A stretch of 49,268 bases of DNA from a virus (lineage: Duplodnaviria > Caudoviricetes). The position numbers and the translations under genes are program-made. A model generated the notes under the pieces. The model did not search any database, was not told where the DNA came from, and worked only from the letters and a program-made list of their open reading frames with translations. Shown here in pieces: positions 1 through 10,114 of the stretch (positions are counted from its first letter, which is position 1; the number at the start of each line of letters is the position of its first letter). The DNA is taken from the IMG/VR virus record IMGVR_UViG_3300037511_000030, positions 1 through 49,268 of that record; one strand, written 5' to 3'.

Positions 1-677
1 AAGGTGAAGTCGATGGACGCCACGTCGAGCCCGGTCTGAAGCAAGATCGTATTCGGGTCGTTGGGGAGCGCGTCCATCCGGTGGGCCCACAGCGTCATGT
101 ACGCCGGGCCCGGGTCGCCCTCGTCCCACAGCTCCCGGGCCACGAAGAAGTCGATGCTCTGCGTGGTGTCGGCCGGGCCGTTCAGGGTGTTCGTGGTGCC
201 GTCCCAGTACGACAAGCCGACCTGGTAATACTGATCATTCGGGTACGTCGGGTCCTGCGAGCCGGGGCGGCCGACGCGCTGCGCCTGCCCCTCATTCGCC
301 CAGATCTTCTGATTGGCGCCCTTGGTGTTGTTCAGGCCCCATGTGTACTGCTGCTGATCGGTGCTGAAGAAGTCGGGAGCGTCGGTGTCCGGGTCGCCGC
401 CCACCGAGCCCATGACGAAGGGCATACCGCCGTGAATGATCATCTGGACGCGGTCGCCGCGCTGCCGGTCCTGGTATGCCTGCGAGCAGGCCACGCCGAC
501 GTAGCGGACGGCGCCGATGACGACGTTTACACTGCCGTCCCATCGCACGGCCGTGACCGTGCCGGTCTTCACCACGGTGGCGTTCACGTCGGCCTTCATC
601 GACTTCGCGAACGCCTTCGACGGCTTCGAGCGCGTCGGCATCTTCTTGGGTGCCGCCCACTTCGGTGTCTTCGCCAT
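1..677 (-). CDS. Minor tail protein, runs off the window start (partial)
   Basis: Frame open from ATG at 677 to the window edge (MAKTPKWAAP...GTVTAVRWDGSVNV...GDRVQMIIHGG...). It is absent from the ORF track because the stop lies outside the window, and it follows the other minor tail genes. Confidence 0.75.
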   Translation of the reverse strand, partial: MAKTPKWAAPKKMPTRSKPSKAFAKSMKADVNATVVKTGTVTAVRWDGSVNVVIGAVRYVGVACSQAYQDRQRGDRVQMIIHGGMPFVMGSVGGDPDTDAPDFFSTDQQQYTWGLNNTKGANQKIWANEGQAQRVGRPGSQDPTYPNDQYYQVGLSYWDGTTNTLNGPADTTQSIDFFVARELWDEGDPGPAYMTLWAHRMDALPNDPNTILLQTGLDVASIDFT

Positions 678-687
678 GGTGATCAGC

Positions 688-2472
688 CTACGGGGTGGTG
701 TAGTTGAAGGTCAGCTTGATGCCCGACTCGTAGTTGTAGCCGTAGTACGTCTTCGAGGTCGACGGGCCGGGCCCGAACACGATCCCCTTCGCGGTACCGG
801 CCTGGAACTCCTTGCCGATGGTCGTCCCGAGCGACACGGTGTAGGTGTGCCCGGCCGAACAGGACGCCTTCTGCACCCGGTTGGTCTTCTCGCCGGTGAC
901 GCCACCCCACGTCGAAGGCGCCGACGTGGCCGCCGTGTTGTGGGTGCCGATGACCACGGTCATGCCCGCGTTGTAGTAGCTGAACTGCGTCTTGAAGGTC
1001 AGCGTGCAGCCGGTGATCGTCTTACCCGCGAGGTCGGCCGCGATCGTCGTGTACGGGAACATGATCGCGGAGCGGTTGTTGCCCCACGTCGAGCTGTAAT
1101 AGCCCTGGTACATCTGCGTGGAGCTGTGCAGCGACCCGCTACCGCCGTACGCGGCGCCGTCCGTCAGGCTGTACGTCTTCGAGCCCGGGACCGGGTCCGG
1201 CGGGGGCGTGCCGCCGCCTCCGCCCGAGTCGCCGCCGGTGCCCGCGCCGGTGTCGGCGGTCGGGTCGTCGGCCCTCCACGGGTTGAACAGGGTCTCGTCC
1301 GACACGCTGATGTACGCGCTCTTCGCCGCGAGGGCCGCCGGGTTGAAGACGTCCTTCGGGGACCGGACCGCACAGGTCATCTCGGCCGCGCCCCACGAGT
1401 AGCTGATCGAGTCGAGTAGGTGCCGCTCGATCCGGTTGTCGTAGTTCTCCGCTTCGATCACGTCTCCGGCCTCCACAGCCGGGTTGAAGCGCGCGGAGAG
1501 GGCGAGCGAGTAGTGCAGCCCGAGCTTGTTCGCGAGCTGTGCGCGGGCCGCGAGCGCCGCCTGTACCTCGGTCCGGATCAGCGGGTTCTCGTACTGGAAC
1601 GGCTTCACGCCGAACTTACCGGCGCCAACTCCCGGACGGGTCACGGGGTTTGGCCCCGCGTAGGTGATGGACGTGGGCTCGTTGTCCCACGCGTAGACCG
1701 GGCCCACGCTCGTCATGCCGTCCGTCGAGCTACCACCGGCCGCCACGACGTTGAAGACGTCGTCCCGGTCGAAGGCCCGGGAGACGGCCACCATGGCACC
1801 ACCCTTCGCCACCCTCCACACGGGCGCGTCGGCCAGGGTGGGCACGGGCACGAACCGGAAGCCGCCGGACCAGTCGCAGTAAGCCTCTCCGCCGATCGCG
1901 CCCATGATGGACGGCGAGTCGTCGGGGCCGTCGATCAGGTTCCACCGGCCGGAGGTGAAGAAGCCGGTCGGGACCGGGTCGGTCACCAGAAGCCGGGAGT
2001 CCCAGTTGAAGCGGGCGTCCGGGACGGCCTCGCGGATCAGGATCTCGGCCTGCTGCCGGTAGTTCAGATACGGCTTGTCGGGGATGCGCCGCGTCTTGAC
2101 GAAGTCGGCCTGCTGGACGTCGATCTCGAACGAGGACCCGGCGAGCTGGATCGAGTCCTCGTCCTCCTGCGCGGAGGTGATCGAGTAGTAGCCCTGCTGA
2201 ATCCAGAAGACCGGGTTCCGGACGGTCTTGACCCCCAGGAAGATCCGCACGCGCGGGCCGTACGGGTGAATGCCGGTCTCGCCCACCTTGTAGTCCTTGG
2301 CGAACGTGCCGGAAAACTGCCAACGGGCCTGCTGCGTGCGGTCCTGCGTGTGCGAGCCGGACAGCGGCCGGAGCGGGAACCACGTCACCCAATCCGGGGA
2401 CCACTCGATCCGGGGGATGAGCTGGAAGGGGTCGTTCAGTGCGGCCACGAGCCACGTGGGGAGGGTCTGCAT
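688..2472 (-). CDS. Minor tail / baseplate hub-like protein (DUF5047-like) with Ser/Thr/Gly-rich C-terminal domain
   Basis: 594 aa, second gene after tape measure. GGEAYCDWSGGFRFVP, RAFDRDDVFNVV and NPAVEAGDVI motifs are typical of actinophage minor tail proteins. Confidence 0.8.
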   Translation of the reverse strand: MQTLPTWLVAALNDPFQLIPRIEWSPDWVTWFPLRPLSGSHTQDRTQQARWQFSGTFAKDYKVGETGIHPYGPRVRIFLGVKTVRNPVFWIQQGYYSITSAQEDEDSIQLAGSSFEIDVQQADFVKTRRIPDKPYLNYRQQAEILIREAVPDARFNWDSRLLVTDPVPTGFFTSGRWNLIDGPDDSPSIMGAIGGEAYCDWSGGFRFVPVPTLADAPVWRVAKGGAMVAVSRAFDRDDVFNVVAAGGSSTDGMTSVGPVYAWDNEPTSITYAGPNPVTRPGVGAGKFGVKPFQYENPLIRTEVQAALAARAQLANKLGLHYSLALSARFNPAVEAGDVIEAENYDNRIERHLLDSISYSWGAAEMTCAVRSPKDVFNPAALAAKSAYISVSDETLFNPWRADDPTADTGAGTGGDSGGGGGTPPPDPVPGSKTYSLTDGAAYGGSGSLHSSTQMYQGYYSSTWGNNRSAIMFPYTTIAADLAGKTITGCTLTFKTQFSYYNAGMTVVIGTHNTAATSAPSTWGGVTGEKTNRVQKASCSAGHTYTVSLGTTIGKEFQAGTAKGIVFGPGPSTSKTYYGYNYESGIKLTFNYTTP

Positions 2473-3812
2473 CAGTACGGCTCCACTCCGGCGCTGTAGC
2501 GGCGGACGGCCAAGAGCATGAGGTCATCCGCGAACAGCGAGAGACCGGCGCCCGGGGTGCCGCCCATGACGAAAGCGATCGAAGCATACGCGGCACCGGC
2601 AGGGGCGACGTTCGTCTTGTCGAAGTCGATCCACACGTTCTGTGCCGGGCTGGACCGGAAGTCGGCGCGGGTGGTCATGTAGTTGTGATTCGCGTCGAAG
2701 AAGTTGGTGTCGATCTCGATCCCGCCGGGGGTGGACTGCGGCACCTGAAGGTGACCCACGGCGCGGTACGACCGGCCGGGGACGACCGGCATGTGCGCGG
2801 TCTCCGCGCGCGGGCTGGACCCGGTGCCACTGACGATCTTGCCTGCCCACGAGCCCGAGTAGACCGGGGTGTTTACACGGCTCACGGTCGCATTGATCTG
2901 GTTCCAGTCGGTGACCCCCGACTCGAAGTTCGGGTTCGCGTTCAGGGGGGTCGACTGGCCGTAGTCCTTGACGAGCTGGTACGTCTCGAAGGCCGCACGC
3001 CGGTCGGCGTACGACTTCCCCGGGACCGCGAGGGAGTGACCGGCGGACACCGGGCTTCCCATGCCGGTGAGCCCGATGGTCCACGCGTCGTAGCCGGAGT
3101 AGGCCGGGCCCACGCGCGAGGGCGCGATGTCCCCCACGAGGTAGTAGCCGGTCCGGCGCCGGTGCCGCTCCAGACCCACCACGTAGACCACGCTCGCATC
3201 GATCGCGGCCAAGAGCGCCTGATACTCGTCCTCGTCCTTCGTGAGCACCTGCATGGCCGTGTTGTAGCTCTTGCGCACGTCGGTGGTCACGGCGGGCTGA
3301 GACGCGCCCCAGACGTCCGCTGTGGCGTTCCGGGACGCCCACGCTCCGGCGCTCCAGTCGCTACAGCGCGCGGGCGTCGAGAGGTCCGGATCTTCGAGGT
3401 TCTTGATCCACACGCCGGGGGAGTTGAAGCCGCCGTCCGGCTCCCACGTGAGGACCGCGACCTTGTCCGTCTCGACGATCTGGTCCCCGCTCGCGGTCGG
3501 CGCCTCAGCCCAGTACACGATCTGCTGGCCGAACAAGACCTCGTCGTCGTAGGCGTGGAAGATCGCGCCGTACTGGCTGATCGAGTCGGCGCCCCGGACC
3601 GTCGAGACGGTGCCGTCCGGGGTCTGCTTGTAGATCGTGATCCGGAACGGGTTCGGCCAGTCGTAGCCGATCACCCCGATCATGCTGGTGTAGTCCACCC
3701 GGATGAAGACCCCGGCGGAGTTCGGCATGACCGTGGCCCTGATCCGGCCGTCCGGCGACTGCGCGTCCGTGGTCGGGGTCTGCGTGACCGGCTGACTGAC
3801 GACGATGGGCAT
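2472..3812 (-). CDS. Minor tail protein (distal-tail-like) with carbohydrate-binding-like C-terminal module
   Basis: Directly after tape measure. The C-terminal NANPNFESGVTDW...LFADD segment resembles CBM4/9-like modules. Confidence 0.75.
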   Translation of the reverse strand: MPIVVSQPVTQTPTTDAQSPDGRIRATVMPNSAGVFIRVDYTSMIGVIGYDWPNPFRITIYKQTPDGTVSTVRGADSISQYGAIFHAYDDEVLFGQQIVYWAEAPTASGDQIVETDKVAVLTWEPDGGFNSPGVWIKNLEDPDLSTPARCSDWSAGAWASRNATADVWGASQPAVTTDVRKSYNTAMQVLTKDEDEYQALLAAIDASVVYVVGLERHRRRTGYYLVGDIAPSRVGPAYSGYDAWTIGLTGMGSPVSAGHSLAVPGKSYADRRAAFETYQLVKDYGQSTPLNANPNFESGVTDWNQINATVSRVNTPVYSGSWAGKIVSGTGSSPRAETAHMPVVPGRSYRAVGHLQVPQSTPGGIEIDTNFFDANHNYMTTRADFRSSPAQNVWIDFDKTNVAPAGAAYASIAFVMGGTPGAGLSLFADDLMLLAVRRYSAGVEPY

Positions 3813-6800
3813 TACCGGCTCCCTGCTGCCTCGTTGACGACGTCGTTGATCGTCCCACGGGCAATGTCGTCCACGGTGGCTTCGAAGGACCCGTTCTCGG
3901 TCTTGATCGTGATCGTGTCCGGGAAGTTGACGATGACCGGCCGGGTGTTGCCCGAGCCGGAGCCCTGAAGCAGCCGCCGGGTGTCAGCGTGTGTAAACAC
4001 CCGGTCGTTGCCGGAGGACGCCACCAGCTCCGCGCCCTTCTCGCCCACGAGGTTCAGGCCGGGCTTCATCACGCCGCCCTGGAAGTAGCCCTGCGGGGGC
4101 TTGTTGGCGTTGGCCTGCTGCACGCGGGTGATGTTGCCGTACCGGCTGACGATGTACCGGATGCTGGCCGCGACGTTGGCGATCGGGTTCAGGATACCGA
4201 GCGACTTCAGCGACTTCGGCACGTACGCATTGAAGGTCCCCGGGATGGTCTGCGTGAGGCCCTGCGAGGGGTGCCCGGCCTTCGCGTTCGAGTCCCAGTT
4301 GTTGATCGCGGACGCGTTCCAGCCGGACTCGCGGGTGATCAGCGTGTTCATGCCGGTCTCCCACTGCTCCTTCGTCCCGGGCGGCGGGACACCGGCGGCC
4401 TTCAGCGCCGCGTCGATGATCGCCTTGTGCTGGCCGCTCGGGATCTTGCCGCCGATCGCGCTGTACTTCTTGTCGTCCTTCGAGACGAAGTCCTTGATCC
4501 ACTTCACGGGCGCGGTCGCCGCTCCGGCCACCAGCGACTCCCACGGCGGGGAGCCGGGGATGGCGCCCTTGATCCCGCCGGTCGCGGTCTTGATGATCGC
4601 GTTCAGGATCGGGTTCACGACGGCGCCGATGGCACCGCGCGCGAGGTCTTCGAGCTTCCCGAGCCCCCACTTGCCCGCTTCGGCCACGCCGTGCACGACC
4701 TTGCCGCCGGTCGCGTCCCACGCACCCCCCAGGGCGCCCAGAATGCCGCCTCCCGAGTCGAAGCGGTACGCGCCGCCCCCGGAGGTCGGGGAGAGCCTGC
4801 CGGGGCCCACACGGGCCCGTCCAGCGCTCGCGAAGGCCGCCCGCATCTGCGCGATGGCACGGTGGCCGCCCGCGTTCTTCACCTCGTCCTTGGTCCAGAC
4901 GTGCTCACCGGGCATCATGAGCGCGTTCACGGAGTCGACTCCGGCCGCGCCGCCGGTGACCGGGCCACCGCGAGCGAACTTGATCTTGCCGACCGTGCCG
5001 AGTTCCTTCGACTTCAGGCCGACCGCGTCAGCGATCTTGTTCCAGACCTTGACCACGCCGCCGTTGTAGACCGTCCCGATCACGAAGTTGATGGGGGTCG
5101 CGACGACCCCCTTGATCTTGTCCCACACCTTGCCGATGCCGGACCGCATCCCGTCGAAGGCGTCGATCATGCCCTTCTTCAGGGCGCCGGTGCCCTTGGT
5201 GATCGTGTTCCACGCGGGCTTCAGAGCCTTGTCCCACAGCCACTTGCCCCACGAGCCCACGGTCTTGACCATGGACACCACGAGGTCGAACTGAGGCTTG
5301 ATCCCGTTGCGGTACAGCCACTTCGCGCCGTTCACGATCCCGTCGAACGCGGGCTTGATGGCGTTGGCCCACAGCCACTTCGCCCACTTCCCGACGTCCT
5401 TCGCCGCGCCCACGACGTGATCGAACGAGGGCTTGATCCCGTTCGTGTAGAGCCACTTCGCCCCGCCCGCGATGCCGTCGATAGCGGGTTTAAACGCGTG
5501 CGACCACAGCCACTTCGCGATGGCGCCCACGCCCTTGACGAGCAGGACGATCGCGTCGAACTGAGGCTTGATCGCCACGGTGTAGAGCCACTTCGCGCCC
5601 CCGGCGATGCCGTCGAAGGCGGGCTTGATCGCGACCTTCCAAAGCCAGCCGAAGAGCGCCCCGAGTCCCTTGATCAGCAGGTAGACCGGGGTGATCAGCA
5701 CGGTGCCGATGATGACCACGAGCAGCCGGGCCCCGACGCTGATGAAGTCGAAGGCGGGCTTGATCGCGTTCGTCCACAGCCACATGGCCCACTTGCCGAT
5801 GGTCCGCAGGCCGACCATGATCCCGTCGAAGGCGGGCTTCAGCACGGTGTTCCACACCGCGAGGGCCGCGACCTTGATCGCGTTCCATGTCGCGTGCCAC
5901 GCCGTGACGAGCGCGCTCTGTACGGTGCTCCAGTGCTTCACGAGCATGTAGATACCGACACCGAGCGCGACGATCGCCGCCACCACCCCGATGATCGTGA
6001 GCGCGGCTCCGGCCATCAGCAGGAAGAACGGCGAGGCCACGGTCTCGAAGGTGGCCGTCGCGACCGTCGCGATGACAGTCGCCGCCGCGTAGAGCAGCAT
6101 CCCGGTGCGCCATGCGATGAACCCGAGATAGATCGCCTGGATCACGGACGGCGGGAGCGCGTTGATCAGCTTCAGGATGCCGTCCACGAACTGAAGGGAC
6201 AGGCCCCCGAGCGGCCCGAGCGAGTCGCTGATGTGCCCGAGCGCGGCGAAGAGGTCGGTGAAGAACTGCTTCACCGAGGGCGCGTTCTGCTTGACCGTGG
6301 TCAGGAACCGGGAGAAGCCGCCGGAGTCGGCCCACCCCTTCAGCTCGTCGCCGCCGTGCTTGATCACCTCGGAGAGGTGCTGTGCCTCCGGCAGGAACGC
6401 GCGGTAGCCCTTCCCGAGGACGTCGAGCACGCTCTTGGCGCCAAGCCGGAGGTTGTGGAACGCCGGGACGCCGGTCTTGATCACGGTGTCGATGAAGCGG
6501 TCCAGCCCGCCGTTTGTGGCCCACCGCGCCACATCGTCAGCGATGGCCTTGAATTCGGGCGCCATGGCCTTGACGACGGGCTCCAGCTTGGGGAGCGCGT
6601 TGGTCGCCGTGTCGATGAACTTCGTCGCGATGGGGAGCGTCACCGAGGACGTCGAGTCGACGAAGTTCTTCCACGACGCCTTCATGCCGTCGAGCCCGTT
6701 GCTGAACGCCTTCTGTGTCGGGCTGTACTGCGCGGTGATCTGGTTCAGCTTCTGCTGCGACTGCTCGACCTTTTCGAGCTGAGTGCCGTACGCCTTCGTG

Positions 6801-7573
6801 CCCGGGGTGAGCTTGTCCAGCGCGGCCTTCTGCGTGTCGAGCGTCTTCTTGGCCGCCGCCGCCTGCTTGTCCAGCGAGGTCACGTTCTTCGCGGCCCCGA
6901 TCATGGCCGCCGCGAAGATGCCGACACCGGCGCCCACGGACACACCGAGCGCGACCGACCCGGCCGCGATGTTGGTGAGGTACCCGGCGATGGGGTAGAG
7001 CGCGGGGCCCGCCGCCATCGCGAGCGCCACCAGGTCGGCGAAGCCGGGCTTCAGCTTCTTCATGGCGGAGGCCGTCCGGCCGGTGGTCGCGTTTACACGG
7101 GCGGTCGTGTTGTTCAGGCCCGCGAGGGCCGCGCGGAGGGCCGCGATCTGCGTGAGGGCGTCGGCCGTGTCCACGTCGGCCTGCACTCGGATTGTCCGGC
7201 CGTCAAGCGCGTTCACCTGCTGCCGCAGAGTGCGCATACGCGCGAGGGTGTCCGCGAGCCCGGCCACGTCCACGCTCATCCGGATGTCCCGGCCGTCGAG
7301 CGCGGACGCGGACTGCGAGATGGACCTGATCTGCGCGTTGGTGCCGGACACCGTGACGTTCAGGTTGACGTCACGGAGCGCGGCGAGTTCTGCCTTCAGC
7401 GTGTCGAGCGAGCGGGTGGCGCTGGTGTGGTCCACGTCGAGCTTGGCGGTCCACTTCTGGCGGCCGAAGTTCTCACCCTCGGCCTTCGCCTCCCGCAGGC
7501 CGTCGAGAAAGTCAGAACGGTCAAGGACGAGCCGGGATTCGATCGAGCCTGCATCGAAGGTGTTCCCGCTCAT
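3812..7573 (-). CDS. Tape measure protein with C-terminal lytic transglycosylase (SLT) domain
   Basis: 1253 aa Ala-rich helical protein with Trp-periodic repeats. Carries ITRESGWN and SQGLTQTI SLT motifs and a VGEKGAELV terminal motif. Confidence 0.95.
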   Translation of the reverse strand: MSGNTFDAGSIESRLVLDRSDFLDGLREAKAEGENFGRQKWTAKLDVDHTSATRSLDTLKAELAALRDVNLNVTVSGTNAQIRSISQSASALDGRDIRMSVDVAGLADTLARMRTLRQQVNALDGRTIRVQADVDTADALTQIAALRAALAGLNNTTARVNATTGRTASAMKKLKPGFADLVALAMAAGPALYPIAGYLTNIAAGSVALGVSVGAGVGIFAAAMIGAAKNVTSLDKQAAAAKKTLDTQKAALDKLTPGTKAYGTQLEKVEQSQQKLNQITAQYSPTQKAFSNGLDGMKASWKNFVDSTSSVTLPIATKFIDTATNALPKLEPVVKAMAPEFKAIADDVARWATNGGLDRFIDTVIKTGVPAFHNLRLGAKSVLDVLGKGYRAFLPEAQHLSEVIKHGGDELKGWADSGGFSRFLTTVKQNAPSVKQFFTDLFAALGHISDSLGPLGGLSLQFVDGILKLINALPPSVIQAIYLGFIAWRTGMLLYAAATVIATVATATFETVASPFFLLMAGAALTIIGVVAAIVALGVGIYMLVKHWSTVQSALVTAWHATWNAIKVAALAVWNTVLKPAFDGIMVGLRTIGKWAMWLWTNAIKPAFDFISVGARLLVVIIGTVLITPVYLLIKGLGALFGWLWKVAIKPAFDGIAGGAKWLYTVAIKPQFDAIVLLVKGVGAIAKWLWSHAFKPAIDGIAGGAKWLYTNGIKPSFDHVVGAAKDVGKWAKWLWANAIKPAFDGIVNGAKWLYRNGIKPQFDLVVSMVKTVGSWGKWLWDKALKPAWNTITKGTGALKKGMIDAFDGMRSGIGKVWDKIKGVVATPINFVIGTVYNGGVVKVWNKIADAVGLKSKELGTVGKIKFARGGPVTGGAAGVDSVNALMMPGEHVWTKDEVKNAGGHRAIAQMRAAFASAGRARVGPGRLSPTSGGGAYRFDSGGGILGALGGAWDATGGKVVHGVAEAGKWGLGKLEDLARGAIGAVVNPILNAIIKTATGGIKGAIPGSPPWESLVAGAATAPVKWIKDFVSKDDKKYSAIGGKIPSGQHKAIIDAALKAAGVPPPGTKEQWETGMNTLITRESGWNASAINNWDSNAKAGHPSQGLTQTIPGTFNAYVPKSLKSLGILNPIANVAASIRYIVSRYGNITRVQQANANKPPQGYFQGGVMKPGLNLVGEKGAELVASSGNDRVFTHADTRRLLQGSGSGNTRPVIVNFPDTITIKTENGSFEATVDDIARGTINDVVNEAAGSR
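5150..5890 (-). repeat. ~33 aa coding repeats within tape measure (KWLW/Y...IKPAFDGI)
   Basis: Repeated KPAFDG/KPQFD/KPSFD and KWLW/KWLY units; repeated cagccacttcgc and gggcttgat in the DNA. Confidence 0.85.
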
Positions 7574-7890
7574 CCTTGACCGTTCCTCTCTCGCCCGGCA
7601 CGGCGAGTCTTAGCGCCCCTCATGAGCGCGTCCAGTCCGTCGAAGTTCTCGGCCTGGTCCGGTGCTCCGGCCGGGGCCGGTGCGGGGCCTTCGGTGCTCT
7701 CCACGAGCCCTTCGGCTTCGAACCCTTCCATGAACATCCGCTGGTGGTGCCATGGGAGATCATCCCATTCAGCCGGGCTGTAGCCCAACTTCCGCCGTGC
7801 CAGGTAGTAGACGACCCGTGTGGTTTCGCCTCCGGTTACTTCTTCGTACCGGAGGTCTCGCCTTCCGGGCGGAACTGCTCCATGAGCCAC
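7570..7890 (-). CDS. Tail assembly chaperone, downstream (gpT-like) part, probably reached by -1 frameshift
   Basis: Overlaps the 3' end of the upstream chaperone in the -1 frame, has a YSPAEWDDLP motif, and abuts the tape measure start. Confidence 0.75.
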   Translation of the reverse strand: MAHGAVPPGRRDLRYEEVTGGETTRVVYYLARRKLGYSPAEWDDLPWHHQRMFMEGFEAEGLVESTEGPAPAPAGAPDQAENFDGLDALMRGAKTRRAGRERNGQG

Positions 7891-8222
7891 TTCGAGAAGG
7901 CGGTCTTCACGCGGAACGGGAGCTTGGAGACCTGGTCACGCGAGGGCTGGTCCTTGCACAGCTTCGCGATGGCCGTGTCCAGCCGCTCACCGATCTCGTC
8001 GACCTGCTCCTGAAGGGCGTTGAACTCGTCCTCGCTGAGCTTGGCCGCCTCTTCGTCGGGAAGCTCCAGCGCGGTCGCGTCGCGCATGACGCGCGCGAAC
8101 TCCTTCTGGAAGTCCTTCATGTCCTTGGTGGACGGCTCCGGGACGGTGCCGGACCCGGCGCCGAACTTCTCGAAGTTCCAGTCCATCGGCTCTACGGCCG
8201 TACCAGCGTCAAAGCCAGCCAT
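7836..8222 (-). CDS. Tail assembly chaperone (gpG-like)
   Basis: Acidic ~128 aa protein between major tail and tape measure; ATG at 8222 preceded by AAGGAG. Confidence 0.85.
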   Translation of the reverse strand: MAGFDAGTAVEPMDWNFEKFGAGSGTVPEPSTKDMKDFQKEFARVMRDATALELPDEEAAKLSEDEFNALQEQVDEIGERLDTAIAKLCKDQPSRDQVSKLPFRVKTAFSKWLMEQFRPEGETSGTKK

Positions 8223-8259
8223 GATCCACTCCTTGCTCACTGTGCCGGGCTGTGTAAAC

Positions 8260-8285
8260 GCCCCGGTCCGCGAGGGGCCGGGGCG
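8260..8285 (-). terminator. Hairpin after major tail gene
   Basis: gccccggtcc-gcgag-gggccggggc inverted repeat followed on the minus strand by GTTT. Confidence 0.5.
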
Positions 8286-8312
8286 CCTACGTCGTGCTCA
8301 GATGGTACCGGC

Positions 8313-8918
8313 TCAGCCGGTGGCCGCCGCCGTCATGTCGACGATCTCGATCTCGGAGATCGGGCAGATCGACGACGCGGTGAGCGGGTACATCCGCTTG
8401 TCGGCCGCGCGACGGAACGAGGTCTCGACGTCCTCCGCGATGACGGCCTTGGGGATCAGGATGCGGCGGAAGAAGCCGTACCGGTTGATCGTCTCCAGAC
8501 CGATCGCCCACTTGTCGAGGTTGTCCTGAAGCGACAGCGTGGTCTTGCCGATCTGCGTGGTGCCCGGCGCCACGATGGTGAGCGTGCCGCCACCGTAAGC
8601 CCACAGGGCATGTTGCAGCGTGTCTTCCGCGAGGGCACCGGCCACGGTCAGCGTCTTGCCGTCCGCGAGGATGTCCACCGGCGTCGACTGCTCTTCGATC
8701 GTGATCTCGGACGTCTTGGTCGAGACGGTCAGCTTCCATCCCTGGTCGGTGCCGCCCATGTGGGCCCACGGGATGGTGCCGCCCACGGACCAGTCGCCCT
8801 GATAGGCCACGGTGTCGGCCGGGAGCGCGGCGGGAGTGCCGTCGACCCACGGCTGAATCCACGCGGCGGCGAGGCCGACCGTGACGTTGTTCGGGTTGAC
8901 CGAAGTCGGGGTGCTCAT
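8313..8918 (-). CDS. Major tail protein
   Basis: NPNNVTVG, GGTDQGWKL and ITIEEQSTPV motifs; ATG at 8918 with AAGGAG; lies before the chaperones. Confidence 0.9.
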   Translation of the reverse strand: MSTPTSVNPNNVTVGLAAAWIQPWVDGTPAALPADTVAYQGDWSVGGTIPWAHMGGTDQGWKLTVSTKTSEITIEEQSTPVDILADGKTLTVAGALAEDTLQHALWAYGGGTLTIVAPGTTQIGKTTLSLQDNLDKWAIGLETINRYGFFRRILIPKAVIAEDVETSFRRAADKRMYPLTASSICPISEIEIVDMTAAATG

Positions 8919-9217
8919 CAGTCGTTCTCCTTCGTGACCTCGTATACGGCGACGCCGCACTTCATGGCGAGGGTCTTCACCAGATCGGCTTCGTCACTGG
9001 TGTAGCTGGTCCCCTCGGTGGTCACGTCGGGGAGTTCGTGAGCCGAGAGGTCGAAGCGAACAACCGACCCACGCCGCAGCGCGAGCGTCACGCGGGACGC
9101 CTTGCGGGTGTGGCTGGCCGCCTCCGAGACCTCCGGCCCGGTGCCGGTGTCGGCGGATACGTGGGTGACCGTGTTGTGGTCGCCCGGCGCCGCCGCCTTG
9201 CGCTGCTGCGTTGTCAT
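8918..9217 (-). CDS. Hypothetical protein in neck/tail module
   Basis: RBS GGAGG, and its stop overlaps the major tail start. Confidence 0.7.
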   Translation of the reverse strand: MTTQQRKAAAPGDHNTVTHVSADTGTGPEVSEAASHTRKASRVTLALRRGSVVRFDLSAHELPDVTTEGTSYTSDEADLVKTLAMKCGVAVYEVTKEND

Positions 9218-9254
9218 CTGCTGGCCCTCCTAGGCTCTGCTGGGATTGTACGGG

Positions 9255-9671
9255 TCAGACCCCGTACCCGCTCGCGTGCTCGAACAGATACGTCCCCACG
9301 TAGTGGGCCCGGCCTCCGGCGTCCGCGTTCAGCGGGGAGGGCCCGGCGCCGAAGCGCTGCGCCCGGATCACGCGGATGCCGCCGATCATCACCGGGTACG
9401 TGGGCCCGATGATGGCCGCGTCCACGAGCGCGAACAGCTCCTCGGCATCGTCCGCCGACTCGTTTACACGCCCGTCCCGGGACTGCTTGCCGACGACGTG
9501 TGCCTGCCACGTCGGCTGATCGAAGACGTCTTCCATGGTGAGCCCGGCGCCACCGGCAGGGGTGAGGATCACCATCCGGTGGGGGTACTTCGGCACGTCC
9601 GGGCCCGTGAAGAACTTCTCTCCGGGCACGAGCCCTTCGAGGTACGTCCGGAGCATCTTGGTCGTCATCAT
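9255..9671 (-). CDS. Tail terminator-like (minor capsid family) protein
   Basis: 138 aa with ILTPAGGAG, FDQPTWQAHVVG and DAGGRAHYVGTY motifs; synteny. Confidence 0.75.
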   Translation of the reverse strand: MMTTKMLRTYLEGLVPGEKFFTGPDVPKYPHRMVILTPAGGAGLTMEDVFDQPTWQAHVVGKQSRDGRVNESADDAEELFALVDAAIIGPTYPVMIGGIRVIRAQRFGAGPSPLNADAGGRAHYVGTYLFEHASGYGV

Positions 9672-10114
9672 GCCCAGGTCTTCTTCCCCTGCGCGCGGGC
9701 CTTGTCCTTCAGCTTCAGCTCGGCCGCCGTCAGCCGGTGCACGATCGGCGCCCGGTCGTACACGATCATGTCACCGTTCAGCACGCGCGGGTGGCCGGAC
9801 TGCCGCAGGTCTTGGAACTCGCGGGGGGCGTGGTCGAACACCTGCTTCGTAGCGAGGTCTTCCGCCACCAACTCCATAGCCCCGACCAAGGACCCGTGCA
9901 GGACACTGTCCGCGAGCTGACGAAGGTAGTCCTGGTGCCGTTGCAGCAGCGGGCCGGACAGGTACTTCGCCTGCCCGCCCTGCGGGTGCTTCAGGTCCAT
10001 CCGCTCGTGCTGGTACTTCGCGTACACCTGGTCCACGACGACGGAAGCGGTCAGTTCGCCGTCGCCCACGGACTCCATCAGCTCGTCGATGCGAGCGCCG
10101 AAGTCTCCGGCCAT
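9668..10114 (-). CDS. Neck / tail-completion protein (HK97 gp10-like)
   Basis: VYAKYQHE...HPQGGQAKYL and LRQSG motifs; synteny. Confidence 0.75.
   Translation of the reverse strand: MAGDFGARIDELMESVGDGELTASVVVDQVYAKYQHERMDLKHPQGGQAKYLSGPLLQRHQDYLRQLADSVLHGSLVGAMELVAEDLATKQVFDHAPREFQDLRQSGHPRVLNGDMIVYDRAPIVHRLTAAELKLKDKARAQGKKTWA

Noticed and set aside
5150-5890. Tandem repeats in the tape measure gene as a novel repeat system
   Set aside because: Ordinary tape measure helical periodicity.
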